A stretch of 64,000 nucleotides of DNA, taken from Mobula hypostoma (lineage: Eukaryota). Below the pieces are notes generated by a model. That model was not told where the DNA came from. It saw nothing but the letters and a program-made list of their open reading frames with translations, and made no database searches. The stretch's first letter is position 1. Every line of letters begins with the position of its first letter. The stretch covers positions 63,056,001 to 63,120,000 of the forward strand of contig NC_086108.1 of the NCBI RefSeq assembly GCF_963921235.1, given 5' to 3'. The position numbers and the translations under genes were made by a program. This document shows positions 25,800 to 40,357 of this stretch, piece by piece.

Positions 25800-27995
25800 T
25801 ACCTACCATGCAATACCAGAGGAAACAACACACTGGACCACTGTTACATCACCATCAAGAATGCCTACCATGCTATTCCACGCCCTCATTTCAGGAAGTC
25901 TGATCACCTAGCTGTACTGCCTGACTATAGGCAGAGACTGAAGACTGCAGCACCAATAGTGAGGACCAAGAAGGTATGGACAAGGGAAACAAAGGAGCAC
26001 TTACAGGTCTGCTTTGGATCGGTGGGCTGGACTGTTTTCAGGGATTCATCCTCGGGTCTGGATGAGTATGCTGCAGTTGTTACTGACTTTATTAAAACCC
26101 GTGTGGATGAGTGTGTGCCTACAAAATCTTGTTGTACATTCCCAGACCAAAATCCATGGATGAACCAGGAGGTATGCCATCTGCTGAGGGCTAAATCTGT
26201 GGCATTTAAGGCTAGTGACCCAGGTCTGTTCAAAAAAACCAGGTATGACTTGTGGAGGACTACTTCAAGGGCAAAAAGACAATTCTGAGCGCGATTAGAG
26301 GTGACATCAGATGCACATCAACTCTGGCAGGGTTTGCAAAACATTACTTCCTACAAAGTGAAACCCAATAGCATGAATGGCAGTGATGCTTCACTACCAG
26401 ATAAGCTCAACTCCTTCTATACCTGCTTTGAAAGGAAGAATATAACTACAGCTGTGAAGATCCCTGATGCACCCGGTGACCTTGTGATCTCTGTCTCGGA
26501 GGCCAATATAAGGCTGTCTTTAAGGAGGGTGAACCCTTACAAAGTTGGCAGGCCCTGATAGAGTACCTGGTAAGGCTCTGAAATCTTGTGCCAAACAACT
26601 AATGGGAGTTTTCAACTTCTCACTGCTATGGTCGGAAGTTGCCAACTGCTTCCAAAAGGCAACAATTATAGCAGCACATATACGGTGATGAAATGCTTTG
26701 AGAGGTTGGTCATGGCTAGAATGAACTCCAGCCTCACCTGGACCCTCTACAATTTGCCTTTCGCCGCAATAGGTCTATGGCAGATGCAATCTCAATGACT
26801 GTTCACATGGCCTTAGATCACCTGGACAATACAAACACCTATGTCAGGGTGCTCTTCATTGACTATAGCTCTGCATTTAACACCATTATTCCCACATGCT
26901 TTATCGATAAGTTATAGAACCAGGGCCTCTGTATCTTCCTCTGCAAATGGATCCTTGACTTCCTAACTGGACAATCACAGCCTGTGTAGATTGGTGTTAA
27001 AATCTCCTTCTCACTGACGATCAACACTGGCGCACTTCAGGGGTGTGTGATTAGTCCACTGCTCTACTCTCTCAATATCCATGACTATGTGACTAGGTAT
27101 AACTCAAATATCATCTATAAACTTTTTGTTTGCTGGTAGAATCTCAGATGGAGATGAGAGGGCATGCAGAAGTGTGACGTACCGGCTAGTTGAGTAGTGT
27201 TGCAGAAAGAACCTTGCACTCAGTAAGACAAAGGAGCTGATTGTGGACTTCAGGAAGTGTAAGATGAGGGAACATGAACCAACCCTCACAGAGGGATCAA
27301 AGTGGAGAGTGAGCATTTTTAAGTTCCTGAATGTCAAGATCTCTGAGGATCTAACCGGATCCCAATATATTGATGCATTTATAAAGAAGAGAAGACAGCG
27401 GCTATATTTCATTGGAAGTTTTAAGAGATTTGGTTTGTCAACTAAAACACTCAAAAATTTCTACAGGTATACCATGGAGAGCATTCTGATAGGCTGCATC
27501 ACTGTCTGGTATTGGCAGCGGGGGGGCGGAAAGGAAGTGCAGCTACTGCACAGGACTGAGAGAAGCTACAGAAAGTCATAAAATTAGTCAGCTCCATCTT
27601 GGGCACCAGTCTCCGTAGTACTCAAAACATCTTCAAGGAGCGGTGCCTTAGAAAGGTGACGTCCATTATTAAGGACTCCCAGCACCCAGGGCATGTCCTC
27701 TTCTCATTGTTACTGTCAGGTAGGAGGTACAGAAGCCTGAAGGCACACACTCCGTGATGCAGGAACAACTTCTTCCCCTCTGCCATATGATTCGTAAATA
27801 GACATTGAACCCACATTTGTTATATATATATTATTTATGTTTTGCACCATTTTTAATCTATTCAATATACTTACTGCACTTTATTTATTTATTTATTTGT
27901 TCGTTCTACTTTATCATGTGTTGTAATGAACTGCTGCTGCTAAGTTCACAAATTTCACCACCGGTGATGGTGGTGATAATAAACCTGATTCTGAG
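25800..27995 (+). mobile_element. Rex1/Babar LINE, 5'-truncated and degraded
   Basis: Encodes [42 protein letters not shown] and LLSGRRYRSL. Ends in a (CTGATT) tail. Confidence 0.9.
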
Positions 27996-28129
27996 CCTGA
28001 TTCTACATTTATGTACTATGCAACATTCTTTGGCTAAAGCCCAGGTTCTAGTTTGTCTCTCAATGAATGCTACATGACAGAGGGGCAAAAGTTGCTTCAA
28101 ACAGGAAATATACCAAAACTGCTAGGGAA

Positions 28130-28262
28130 AACGTCCTGCCGAAAGGCTTCGGCCTGATACGTCAACTGTACTCTTTTCCATTGATGCTGCCTGGCCTGCT
28201 GAGTTTCTCCAGCATTTTGTGTGTGTTGCTCAAATTTCCAGCATCTGCAGATTTTCTTGTTC
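28130..28262 (+). mobile_element. Isolated Penelope terminus with a degraded hammerhead motif
   Basis: Reads GTC-CTGCCGA-AAGGCTTCGGCCT-GATA-CGTC-AACTG followed by GATGCTGCCTGGCCTGCTGAG...TTCCAGCATCTGCAG. Confidence 0.75.
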
Positions 28263-30194
28263 GTGGAGGGAAATTTAGAAAATGTGCCCTCTTGTGATGG
28301 TTGAACAGTTATTTGGTAACCAGGATTTTTGAAACACTGTTGGAAATTGGGTCTTACTGCATCAAAAATTCACATTTAGATGGCAACCTGTTTCACAGAA
28401 ACATGGATGCTCCCACACAAAAATAGATGCTAGGAGAAAGGAGAATATTAGGAATAGCAACTCAAAAGACAAGACTGAGATGGTGAGACAGAGCTGCTTG
28501 GAACAGATCCGCAAGAAAGGAGACTTCAGGAAGAGCAATAGGATTGGAGAATATTGAAGAAAAACAGGAGCAAAGAAGCTGAGAAATTTTCATTTAAATC
28601 ACAGAGGGACTAGAAGCCAATGTTTTTATAGGGTTAACAGGTCAGGCTGAGGCAAGTAAATTTACTGACATAGAAGATAGTGTTGCTTGTGAGAATGAAG
28701 ATATGAAGTTGAAGTTCAATCTCAAATTGGATATCAAAATTGTGAATTATCTGAACCTGAGAGCTTGATATAAGCTGGAGATGGAATCAGTGAATGAAGT
28801 AAAAATGATTCTGGATTTCAAAGTTGATGGAAGTTAAATCTGAAAGTCTCAAAAAAAAGACAGCAAAGAGTAATTATCAGCCCACCACCCCTTCCCCCAT
28901 TGATTATAATGTATGCAACAGGGCAGATCAATAATTTGAATATCCAGCCAACACTAAACACACTGCTTGTTAGCTGTTTATACTGTATCAGCAAGCTACC
29001 AATATCTTCCAGTTAAAGAAGTTGCACAATTATTAAAGCTTGCTTGCACCTCTTAAACCGTTGTGCTTGGAGCAGGAGCCTGCTGTTGTGACCTGAGTAA
29101 ATATGAAGTGTGGCACATCTGGGATAAGGTGGGGTTCCAATTTTTTCAGATGCACCGCTAGAGGCCAGGGTGGAAGAGGTGAAAAGCAGGGGAGCTTTCA
29201 TCCTTTCCCATGAGATCAAGAGCTCCTCCAGAGTCAGGCTCAAAATGCAGTGGTAACAGACAGCATCTGAGTCACACCAGGATACAAGTCTTGAAGACAA
29301 TGTAATTCTGCAAGGTGCAACAACCTTTTGCAAATGGTTATAATACATCTTTAAGAACCGTAGCACACTTGTTACATTACTAGCTTCAGCCATAGTTCAG
29401 TTCACCACATTCCCAGCACTCAGCTGCCGACATTCCATCAGTTCCAAATGATACTTAGCATTTCGGTGCTACGCAGCTTCGCACTTTGGAAGGTGGACAC
29501 CCACATCACACAGGTTGTACATATTGCCAATTTTCCTACCATGACAACAGCATCACCCAAACAGATTGTACGTCTCTCAGCAGTGCAGTTCCCTGCACAA
29601 CTGAAGGCAGCAGGAGGTAACTAGTGAGGACATTTACACTTGTACATCTCAACAGTGAGGAAGTTATGATAGGTACGGCTGTTACTAATGCTGTCTCCAT
29701 CCTTTGGATTGAATCTGTAATGGATGACAGTATTTCTCACATCCCACCCCACCTCTGCCCACACATATACTGCTGACTTACAAGCCACAGATTGTGTAAT
29801 AAGTCACCTCCTACTTCTTCCTGCTGGCTTCAACATCCTTATAGTTCATTTTCTTTTTCATTTTAGACACCCAAGAATTACGACATGTTCTATTTGCCCT
29901 TTGTTTATTTTCATAATCACCTATATTCCAGAAGCAGTGTCTGCTAATGTACCCACATGGTAAGCAGCTAGTTTAAGCAACTGCTGTGATATCAGCAAAT
30001 AGTCTATCATCATCTGCCTCATCATTGCCACATGAAAAGTCACTAGAAAATGCCAAACACTTGCAAAATCTTAGCAACAACAAGAGGAAATCCAGAAGCA
30101 AGGGGTTTGGAGTCAAAGTGTAAGGATTTCTTAAGTATTTATTTATTGCTTCAGTAAGACAACTAGAATACTGCGACCTTTTCACAGTAGGAGT

Positions 30195-33100
30195 GTCAGG
30201 CTTTAGCTCAAAGGAGGCTTTGGCTCGAAAGAGGCATCGGCTCTGGGTAAGTTTCTGTTAAGTTTCCCTTTCTCTGTCTCTCTTGCTGTACTTAGTGTAG
30301 TAAGTGGCCATTGTGTGTTTTTCAATGTCTGATGTTGCAGTCCTGGGAGACCCAGGGTCTCCAAGGGAACTACATCTACATGAAGTGCATCCAGCTGCAG
30401 CTCCTTGAAGACCGTGGTAGGGATCTGGTGCTGGATAACCTTCAGCTCATATGGGAAAGTGAAGAGAAAATTGATAAGAGTTACAGGGAAGTAGTCACCC
30501 TGAAGTTGCAGGAGGCGGGTAGCTGCGTGACTGTCGTGAAATTGAAATGTGAATAGGCAGTTAATGCAGAGCACCCCAATGGCCATTCCCCTCAAAAAGA
30601 ACTATACCATTTTGGATACTGTTGTGGGGGATGACCTCCCAAGGGAATGCCATGGAGACCAGGTTACTGGCACTGAGCATGGGTCTGTGGTGCAGAGGGA
30701 ACAAGGGAGATGAGGGGAGCAGTAGTGACTTGAACGGGACACCCAGCTGGTATGTTACCTCCCAGGTGCCACGGTCAGGAACATTGCGGATTGCATCCAC
30801 AGCATTTGAGAGAGGGAGGGAGAACAGTCAGATGTTTTGATCCATATTGGTACCAATGACATAGGAAGGAAAAGCAATGAGGTCCTGAAGAGAGAACATA
30901 GAGAGCCAGGCAGAAAGCTCAAAAGCAGGACCTCCAGGGTAGTAATTTCAGGATTGCTACTTGTGCCACATACAAGTGAGGATAGAAACAGGATGATTTG
31001 GCAGATTACTGTAATGCATGGCTGAGAAGCTGTTGCAGGGGGCAGGATTTCATGTTCTTGGATCATTGGGATCTCTTCTGGGGGAGGTATGACTTGTACA
31101 AAAGTGACAGGTTGCACGGGAACCCGAGGGGGACCAATATTCTCATGGGCAGGTTTGCTAGAGCAGTTGGGGAGGGTTTAAACTAATTTGGTAGGGGAAT
31201 GGGAACCAGATTGAAGGAACTCAGGATAGGACAGATGGTAAAAAAGCAAAGATAGCATGCAGACAGACTGTCAGGAAGGGCAGGCAGATGATAGGACAAA
31301 ATTGCAGCCAGCAGCGTGAGTATCAGTGCATTAGGGATGCAGAATCAAAAAAGGGTAAGAAATGGAGTACTCGAAGTGTTATATGTGAATGCACGAAGTA
31401 TAAGAAATGAGGTGGATGGTCATGTTGCACTATTACAGGTTGCCAGGTATGATGTTGTGGCCATCATTGAATCATGGCTGAAGGATGGTTACAGTTGGGA
31501 GCTGAATGTCCAAGGTTACACTTTGTAACTTTGTATCAGAGGGATAGGAAGGTAGGCAGAGGGGCTGGCATGGCTCTGCTGGTAAAGAATGGCATCAAAT
31601 CGTTAGAAGGATGTGACATAATTCTTGTGGGTTGAGTTCAGAAACTGCAAGGGTAAAACTGATGGGAGTTATGTACAGGCCTTCCAACAGAAGCAGGGAT
31701 ATGGACCGCAGAGACCAAAAGGGAGGGCATATAACAAAGCAAAAATTAGTGGGAAGTGGAGGATTGGGAAGCTTTTAAAAATCTACTGAGAGCAACTAAA
31801 AGAACCATTAGAAGGGAAGAGATGAAATATGAAAGCAAGCTAGCAAACAATATCAAAGTGGATAGTAAAAGCTTTTTCATGCAAAAAATAAAAGAGGGAT
31901 GAGTAGATATAGGACCGCTAGAAAATGAGGCAGGGGAAATTTAATAATGAGGACAAGGAGATGGTAAATGAACTAAATGAGTATTTTGCATCAGTCTTCA
32001 CTATGAAAGACACAAGCAGTGTGATTGATGTTGTAATATGTAAAGGAAGAGAAGTGAGTGCAGTTACTGTTACAAGAGAGAAAGGTGTTCAAAAAGCTGA
32101 AAGTTCGAAGGGTACTTAAGTCATCCAGGCCAGATGAACTACACCCTAGGGTTCTGAAAGAGGTAGCGGAAGAGATTGTGGAGGCATTAACAATGATCTT
32201 TCAAAAATCATTGGACTCTGGCATGGTGCCAGAGGACTGAAAAATTGCAAATGTCACTCCAGTCTTTAAGAAAAGAGGAAGGCAGCAGAAAGGAAATTAT
32301 AGACTAGTTAACCTGACCTGAGTGGTTGGGAAGATGTTGGTGTCAATTGTTAAGGATGAAGTGATGGAGTACCTGGTGACACAGGACAAGATAAGAGAAA
32401 GTCAGCATGGCTTCCTTCAGGGAAAATCTCGCCTGAAGAATCTGTTGGAATTCTTTGAGGAAATTACAAGATAAAGGGGATGCAGTGGATGTTGTATATT
32501 TGGACTTTTAGAAGGCATTTGGCAAGGTGCCACATGTGAAGCTGCTTACCAAATTAAGAGCCCATGGTATTATAGGAAATTTACAAACATGGTTAGAGCA
32601 TTAGCTGATTGGTAGGAGGCAGCGAGTGGGAATAAAAGGATCCTTTTCTGGTTGGCTGCCAGTGAGTAGTGGTGTTCCACAGAGGTCAGTGTTGGGACTG
32701 CCTCTTTTTATGCTGTATGTCAATGATTTAGATGATGGAGTAGGTGGCTTTATTGCCAAGTTTGCTGATGATATAAAGATTGGTGGAGGAAGCAGGTAGG
32801 CTGCAGAAGGACTTAGACAGATTAGTAGAATTGGCAAGAAAGTGGCAAATGAAATACAGTGTTTTAAAATGCATGGGCATGTACTTTGGTAGTAGAAATA
32901 AATATGCAGGCTATTTTCTAAACGGAGAAAATCCATAAATCTGAGATGCAAAGGGACTCGGGAGTCCATATGCAGAACACCCTAAAGGTTAACTTGCAGG
33001 TTGAGTCAGTGGTGAGGAAAGCAAATGCAATGTTAGCATTCATTTCAAGAGGTCTTGAATACAAAAGAAAGGATGTGATGCTGAGGCTTTATAAAGCACT

Positions 33101-33680
33101 GGTGAGGCCTCACCTTGAGTATTGTGAACGGTTTTGGGTCCCTCTTAGAAGAGATGTGCTAGCATTGGAGAGGGTTCAGAGGAGGTTCACCAGGATGATT
33201 CCAGGAATGAAAGGGTTATCATACGAGGAACATTTGATGGCTCTGAGTCTGTACTCACTGGAATTTGGAAGGATGTGTGGATATCTCATTGAAACCTTTC
33301 AAATGTTGAAAGGCCTAGACAGAGTAGATGTGGAAAGGATGTTTCCCAGGGTAGGGGAGTCTAAGACAAGAGGGCACAGCCTCAACATAGAGGGGCACCT
33401 ATTTAAAACAGAGATGGGGAGAAACTTGTTTAGCCAGAAGGGTGGTGACTTCGTGGATTTTGTTACCACAGGCAGCTGTGGAGGCCAGGTCGTTGGGTAT
33501 GTTTAAGGCAGAGATTGATAGGTTCTTGATTGGACACAACATCAAAGGTTATGGGGAGAAGGCCGAGGAGTGAACTTGGGGAGGGGAGAAAAGGATCAGC
33601 CATGACTGAATGCTGGAGAACACTTGATGGGCCAAATGGCCCAATTCTGCTCCTATGTATTATGGTCTTATTATGGTCTT
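30195..33680 (+). mobile_element. CR1 LINE, near full-length with a large internal deletion at about 31710
   Basis: ORF1 has an N-terminal Cys cluster, HIGTNDI and DRLHGN (SGNH esterase-like). ORF2 has YVNARSIRN, RT FADD and LVRPHLEYC. Ends in a (TATGGTCT) tail. Confidence 0.93.
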
Positions 33681-33771
33681 TTCAGTCTCTATGTCAGAAG
33701 AAGTATAAATTGCCTTAGAGTCAAAGACAAAGACATGTTTCTTGATATATGAACAAGTACATGAAAGTAAA

Positions 33772-33984
33772 TCAGCTGGCCAGTGGTGTAGTGGCATCTG
33801 AACCGGACTTTGAGGTGAGTGGTCCAAGGTTCAAATCTGACCGGCTCCTTGCACGCTTTCCCTCTGTGCTGGATTGAAAGTCAAGCTAGCAACTCGGCCG
33901 CGTAACGAAAAGACAAAAATGCAAATGAAACGGGAAGGTTGCCACCCAGTGCACCACAAGGTGTGGAAAGGAACAACAACAACA
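33772..33984 (+). mobile_element. tRNA-derived SINE with a (CAA)n tail
   Basis: A-box TGGTGTAGTGG and B-box GGTTCAAATC. The flanking 13-bp duplication ACATGAAAG(T/C)AAA lies at 33759-33771 and 33985-33997. Confidence 0.82.
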
Positions 33985-35129
33985 ACATGAAAGCAAAGGT
34001 GAAAAACTTACTTGCAGTGGCATCACAGGTACATTACATTAGAGACACAGCATTTGTAAGAAAAACGTAAATTAAACATAAATTATACAAGAAAGAACAC
34101 AATTAGAAAGTCTGTAGAATCCTGTGATGATTGGATTGTATCATGAAGTGAAGAGAGAAAGACTAATCAATATACACTCAAGTTTAAAAGAAAGAGCAAT
34201 GACGATAAAAGATTCTGAGAGAGATGAGCAGGATACGTGCTGGGATGTGGACAATCTGGAGCTCATAACTGTAATCCTGGGATAAAGGGATTGCCCTTTA
34301 GGATTGGGGTGAGAAGAAACTGGTTGTTTGGAGAATTGTAAGTCTTTGAAACTCTCTATCATAGTGTGTCTTGGATGCAAAGTCACTGAGTACATTCAAG
34401 ACAGGGATCAATAGATTTTCTTTGACTCAGAAAAACTAGTAGTAAAACGGGATCAGACAGGAAGGTGAAATTGATGTAGAGAATTTTGTTCGGTAATGGA
34501 GCAGGTTCTTGGGCAAAATGGCCTACTTATATTTTCATAAACTTAAACCTAAATTACAGACAAAACTTTTAATGAAGTGTAAAATACTCCAAATATTGAA
34601 CGGGCCAATGGAGAAAGTAATAGGTTAACTTTTCAGAAAAATGTCCCTTCATCAGGAAAAGAAAAACTACTGAAAAATGCATTTTTAAGTTACATAGAAA
34701 GGCATGAATTAGAGAGAACAAATACACTACTCGTCGTAGGAGATCAAGGGTTTCCAGATGGCACAACTCACAATTATTTTCAGTGCTATCTAGTTTGTTA
34801 TTCTGTAGGAATTACAGAGTGATATGAATGAGGGAAGCTCAGAAACAAAACAATAACGTAATATGGAGACTGTTTGAGTCCCTGGTGGCAGGAATAAAAG
34901 TTACACTCTGGCTGTAGTTGAAAAAGAAAATGGTTTGCAGAAATGGAAAAGCAAGAACTCAGTGAGGTGGATGTCCTTTATTCGGAGGTTTGATCATAAC
35001 ATTGGAGTTGATTTTGGGTAGGCAGAGTGCTGCAACCTCAGAGGAAGAGAAGTTAAAGCGAGTAAGATTCATGGAAAAATTCAGATGGTTAACGTTGTGT
35101 CAGCAGATCAGACATTATTGAAAAGTGAA

Positions 35130-35390
35130 TAATTGCGGAGTCTGCAAATTTGAAATAAAAATAGAAATGCTGCAAATAGTCAGCAAGTCTATGAAGGGAG
35201 AAACCATTATATATTTGGTTGATGGCTTTACATCATAAGGCAAAATTAGAAAAAGGATGAATTAAGTTTTGAGACCTGAAGTATTACCGTTGTTTCATTC
35301 TCCACCGATTCTTGCTAATTTGTGAGTAGTTCCATTATTTTATACTTTTTAATTTCAGATTTCCAGCAGCTGCAGTATTTTGCTTTGCAA
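35130..35390. mobile_element. Old palindromic Penelope-terminus-derived element
   Basis: Degenerate inverted arms: ...GAAATAAAAATAGAAATGCTG... and ...TTTCAGATTTCCAGCAGCTGCAGTATTTTGC. Confidence 0.5.
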
Positions 35391-36097
35391 TTATATTTCA
35401 CTGTATTGCTTATTTATATTTCTGTAGTTTAGCCCTTATTTTAATTTCTCACTTATTAAAAATCTTATTTATCAGTTTGTCATTTACAATGTCACTGGTG
35501 GCCTGTTACCATTCGTCTGCAGTTTGTCTAATTGGGCCATCACTCCGATTCTTACTCATTCCATTGCTTTAGAGTGGAAATACTCATTTCCTCAGTTACT
35601 TTAATGGTTTTATTCCCTGTAAGATCACAACACCAAGTCTTTCTCTGTAGCTTTATTGTGCCTTATAAGCCCTGGCACTTTGTACATTTTCCTTGCTTTT
35701 ATCACAGCATTGGCATCAGAGCTTTCATTCTCCAAGGCCCAACTAACCAAGCTTCAATTCTCACTGTCTTAAATATTGTTCTCTGAATCAATTCCTTCAA
35801 TTCTATTTTTAAGATTCACAATCCAAAATTCCAATTTATACATCAAAACACACAGAGAAATGTGTCACTTTTAATCATCCTCCCATCTTCTTCTACAACT
35901 TGATGATTTCTGCCAACCACATTTATTTTTATACCTAAAGCCACTGCATAAATGCAGATAGTTTGTTTTTGTTGATGTGATAGAAATTGTTGGCAAAATG
36001 CTTGCTTTGCAAAGGCCGAAATAAGACTGCTCATAACTATGCAACAGTTGATGAAGAGTAAATGTTAATGTCGCTGTGAATGCATAAAATAAACAAA

Positions 36098-37705
36098 ATC
36101 AGAAGACCGTAAGAGATTGGAGCAGAATTAGACTATTCAACCCATCAAGTCTGCTCTGCCATTTCCTCTTGACAGATCCATTTTCCCTCTCAACTCGTAA
36201 CCTTCCCTTCTCCCCATGACCTTCAATGCCCTGACAAATCAAGAATCTAGCAACTTCTTCTTTAAATACAACCAATGAGTTAGACTCCACAGCCACCTGT
36301 GGCAACGAAGTCCACAGATTACAAGCCCTCTGAACAAAGAAGTTCTTTAATATCTCCATTCTAAGTGGCGTCCCTCAATACTGAGGCTGTGTGCTCTATT
36401 CGTAGACTCCCTCACTATAGGAAACATCCTCTCCACATCTACTCTGTTTGGGCCTTTCAACATTCAATAGGTTTCAATGAGATCCCTCCCACCACTCCTC
36501 ATTCTTCTAAATTCCAGCAAGTACAGGCCAAAAGCCATCGAACACTCCTCATATGATAACCCTTTCATTCACAGAATCATTCTCGTGAAAACTTCCTCTG
36601 AACCCTCTCCAATGTCAGCACATCCTTTCTTAAGTAAGGAGTCTGAAGCAGAATACAATAATCCAAGTGAGGCCTCTCCAGTGCCTTATAAAGCCTCAGT
36701 AGTATATACTTGCTTTTACATTCTAGTCCTCACAAAATGAATGCTAACATTGTATTTGCCTTCCTCACCACCAACTCAGACAGCAAGTTAACCTGTAGGG
36801 AATTCTTCACGAGGACTCCCAAGTCCCTTTGTGCCTCGAATCTTTGAATTTTCTGCCCTTTTTGAAATAGGCTATGCTTTTGTCCCTTCTACCGAAGTGC
36901 ATGACCATACACTTACCAACACAGTATTCCATCTGTCACTTATTTGCCCATCCTCCTCATCTACCCAAGTCCTTCTGCAGCCCCCCTGCTTCCTCAATAT
37001 GACCTGCCTCTACAACTGTCTTTGTATCGTCCGGCCATAAAACCATCAATTTAATCATCCAGATCATTGACATATAACATAAAAAAGAAGGCCCAACACT
37101 AAACCCTTCAGAAAATCTTTAGTCATTACCAGCCAACCAGAAAAGGCTCCCTTCATTCCCACTGTTTGCTTCCTGCCAATCAACCAATCCTTGATCAATG
37201 CTAGTATCGTTTCTGTAATACCATGGGTTCTTATCTTGTTAAGCAGCCTCATATGCAGCATCTTGTCAAATGCCTTCTGAAAATCCAACTATAGAACATC
37301 TACAAATTCTCCTTTGTCTATCCTGCTTGTTATTTCCTCAAAGAATTCCAACAAGTTTGTCAGGCAAGATTTTCCCTAAAGGAAACCATGCTGACTTTGG
37401 CCTAGTTTATCACGTGCCTCCAAATACCCTAAAATTTCATCCTTAATAATCGATTCCAACATTTTTCCACCCATTAAGGTCAGGATAACTGGCCTATAGT
37501 TTCCTTTCTTCTGCCTCCCTTTCTTCTTGAAGAGTGGAGTGACATTTTCAGTTTTCCAGTCCTCCAGAACCATGCCAAAACCTAGTGATTCTTGAAAGAT
37601 CATTATTAATGCCTCCACAATCTGTTCCACCATCTCTTTCAGAACCCTTGGGTGTATTCCATCTGGTTCAGATGATCTATCTACCCTCAGACCTATCAGC
37701 TTCAT
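36098..37705 (-). mobile_element. CR1 ORF2 3' half
   Basis: Encodes PDGIHPRVLKE, NYRPV, DFQKAFDK and WTSLPQ, followed by a CR1 tail. Confidence 0.9.
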
Positions 37706-37814
37706 GAACTACAGTACGTCAGCCAATGTGTGTTCTGCTTTAAGGAATGAGTACCGCTGAAAGTTCTGGCTTGTACCAAAAAGTTAAATATTCATGAATT
37801 ACATCAAATAGACC

Positions 37815-39213
37815 GAGTGTGTACTTTGTTTCAGGGAATCTTGGTTAACCCTTTCTGTACTGGATACAGGATTTGGATTGATGGGTTCACTATACACCAT
37901 CAGGATAGGTCTATAGAGCCTCTCAAAAGCAGAGGTGGAGGAGTATGCCTCGTGATCAACTCTTCTTGGTGCACAAATATATCAGTGCTGTCCCAATTCT
38001 GCTCATCAGACCTGGAATATCTGGCAATTAAGTGCCATCATTTTACCTACCACAAGAGATTTCTGGGATCATTTTGGTAGCGATATATATTCCACCTCAG
38101 GCCAATGTTAATCAGGCTTTAGATGATCTGAGCAATGGGATCAGCATGCACAAAACAGCGCACCCTAACACCTACGCCATTGTTTTGGGAGATTTTAACC
38201 AGGCTAGTCTGAAAAAAATCACTAAGTAATTACCGTCAACAGGTCACTTGCAATACCAGAAGAAACAACACACTGGACCACTGTTACACCACCATCAAGA
38301 ATATCTACTGTGCTATTCCATGCTCTCACTTCGGGAAGTCTGATCACCTGGCTATACTTCTACTCCCTGAGTGTAGGCACAGATTGATGACTGAGCACCA
38401 GTAGTGAGGACCAAGAAGGTACGGACAAGGTATGATTTGTGAAAGGCTATTTCAAGGGCAAAGAGACAATTTCGAATGAGATTGGAAGTGACATCGAACG
38501 CACGGCAACTGTGGCAGGGTTTGCGAGACATTACTTCCTACAAAGTGAAACCCAATAGCATGAATGGCAGCGAAGCTTTACTACTAGATAAACTCAGTAC
38601 CTTCTATGTCCTCTTTGAAAGGGAGAACACAACTACAGCTGTAATAATCCCTGCTTCACCTGATGACCTATGATCTCTGTCTCAGAGGATGATGTTCGGC
38701 TGTCTTTAAAGAGGGTGAACCCTTGCAAGGCATAAGGTCCCAATGGAGTACCTGATAAGGCTCTGAAAACCTGTGCCAACCAACTGGCTGGAGTATTCAA
38801 GGACATTTTCAATTTCTCACTGCTATGGGCGAAAGTACCCACTTGCTTCAAAAAGGCAACAATTATACCAGTGCCAAAGAAAAATAATGTGAGCTGCCAT
38901 AATGACTTTTGCCCAGTAGCACTCACATCTACAGTGATGAAATGCTTTGAGAGGTTAATCGTGACTAGACTGAATCCTTGCCTCACCAAGGACCTGGACC
39001 CATTGCGATTTGCCTATTGCCACAATAGACCAACGGCAGATGCAGTTTCAATGGCTCTTCACACAGCCTCAGACCGCCCTGGACAATACAAACAACTGTT
39101 CATTGATTATAGCTCAGCATTTAATACCACCATTCCCATAATCCTGATTGAGAAGTTACAGAACATGGGCTCTGCAATTGGATTCTTGACTTGCTAAACG
39201 GAAGACCACAATC
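37815..39213 (+). mobile_element. Rex1/Babar LINE fragment (endonuclease to RT start)
   Basis: Encodes SRGGGVCL, YIPPQAN, GDFNQ, PVALTSTVMKCFERL and [10 protein letters not shown]. Confidence 0.9.
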
Positions 39214-40357
39214 TGGTAGTGTTCACGGGTTCAATTTCCATTTAGGAATCAGATGGCAGAGGGGATGGCGCTGTTCCTGAATCGCTGAGTGTGTGCCTTC
39301 AGGCTTCTGTACCTCCTGCCTGATGGTAACAGTGAGAAAAGGGCATGCCCTGGGTGCTGGAGGTCCTTACTAATAGACATTGCCTTTCTGAGACACCGCT
39401 CCTTGAAGATGTCCTAGGTACTTTGTAGGCTAGTACCCAAGATGGAGCCGAATAAATTGACAACCCTTTGCAGCTTCTTTCAGTCCTGTGCAGTAGCAAC
39501 ACCCCCCCCCGCCCCCATACCAGACAGTGACACAGCCTGTCAGAATGCTCTCCATGGTACATCTATGGAAGTTTTTGAATGTATTTGTTGACATACCAAA
39601 TTTCTTCAAACTCCTAATGAAACATAGTCACTGTCTTGCCTTCTTTATAACTGTATTAATATGTTGGGACAAGGTTAGATTCTCCGAGATCTTGACACCC
39701 AGGAACTTGAAGCTGCTCACTCTCTCCACTTCTGATCCCTCTATGAGGATTGGTATGTGTTCCTTCATCTTAACCTTCCTGAAGTCCACAGTCAGCTCTT
39801 TCGTCTTACTGACATTGAGTGCCAGGTTGTTGCTGCAGCACCACTCCACTAGTTGGCATATCTCACTCCTGTACACCCTCTCGTCACCATCTGAGATTCT
39901 ACCAACAATGGTTGTACCATCAGCAAATTTATAGTTGGTATTTGAGCTATGCCTAGCCACACAGTCATGGGTATAGAGAGAGTAGAGCAGTGGGCTAAAC
40001 ATACACCCCTGAGGTATACTAGTATTTATCATCAACGAGGAGGAGATGTTATCACCAATCCACACAGATTGTGGATTTCCGGTTAGGAAATTGAGGATCT
40101 AATTGCAGAGGGAGGTACAGAGGCCCAGGTTCTGTAACTTCTCAGTCAGGGTGTGGGAATGATGTTATTAAATGTTGAGCTATAGTTGATGAACAGCATC
40201 CTGACGTAGGTGTTTGTGTTGTCCAGGTGGTCTAAGGCCGTGTGAAGAGCCATTGAGATTGCATCTGCTGTTAACCTATTGTGGCGATAGGCAAATTGCA
40301 ATGGGTCCAGGTCCTTGCTGAGGCAGGAGTTCAGTCTAGCCATGACCAACCACTCAA

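Noticed and set aside
29013..29700. 126-aa minus-strand ORF in a somewhat GC-richer unique-looking segment
   Set aside because: No recognisable domain or splice support. It may be an ancient TE remnant, but I cannot assign it.
33778..33850. tRNA gene
   Set aside because: A and B boxes are present, but there is no convincing cloverleaf. It is followed by a SINE body, tail and TSD.
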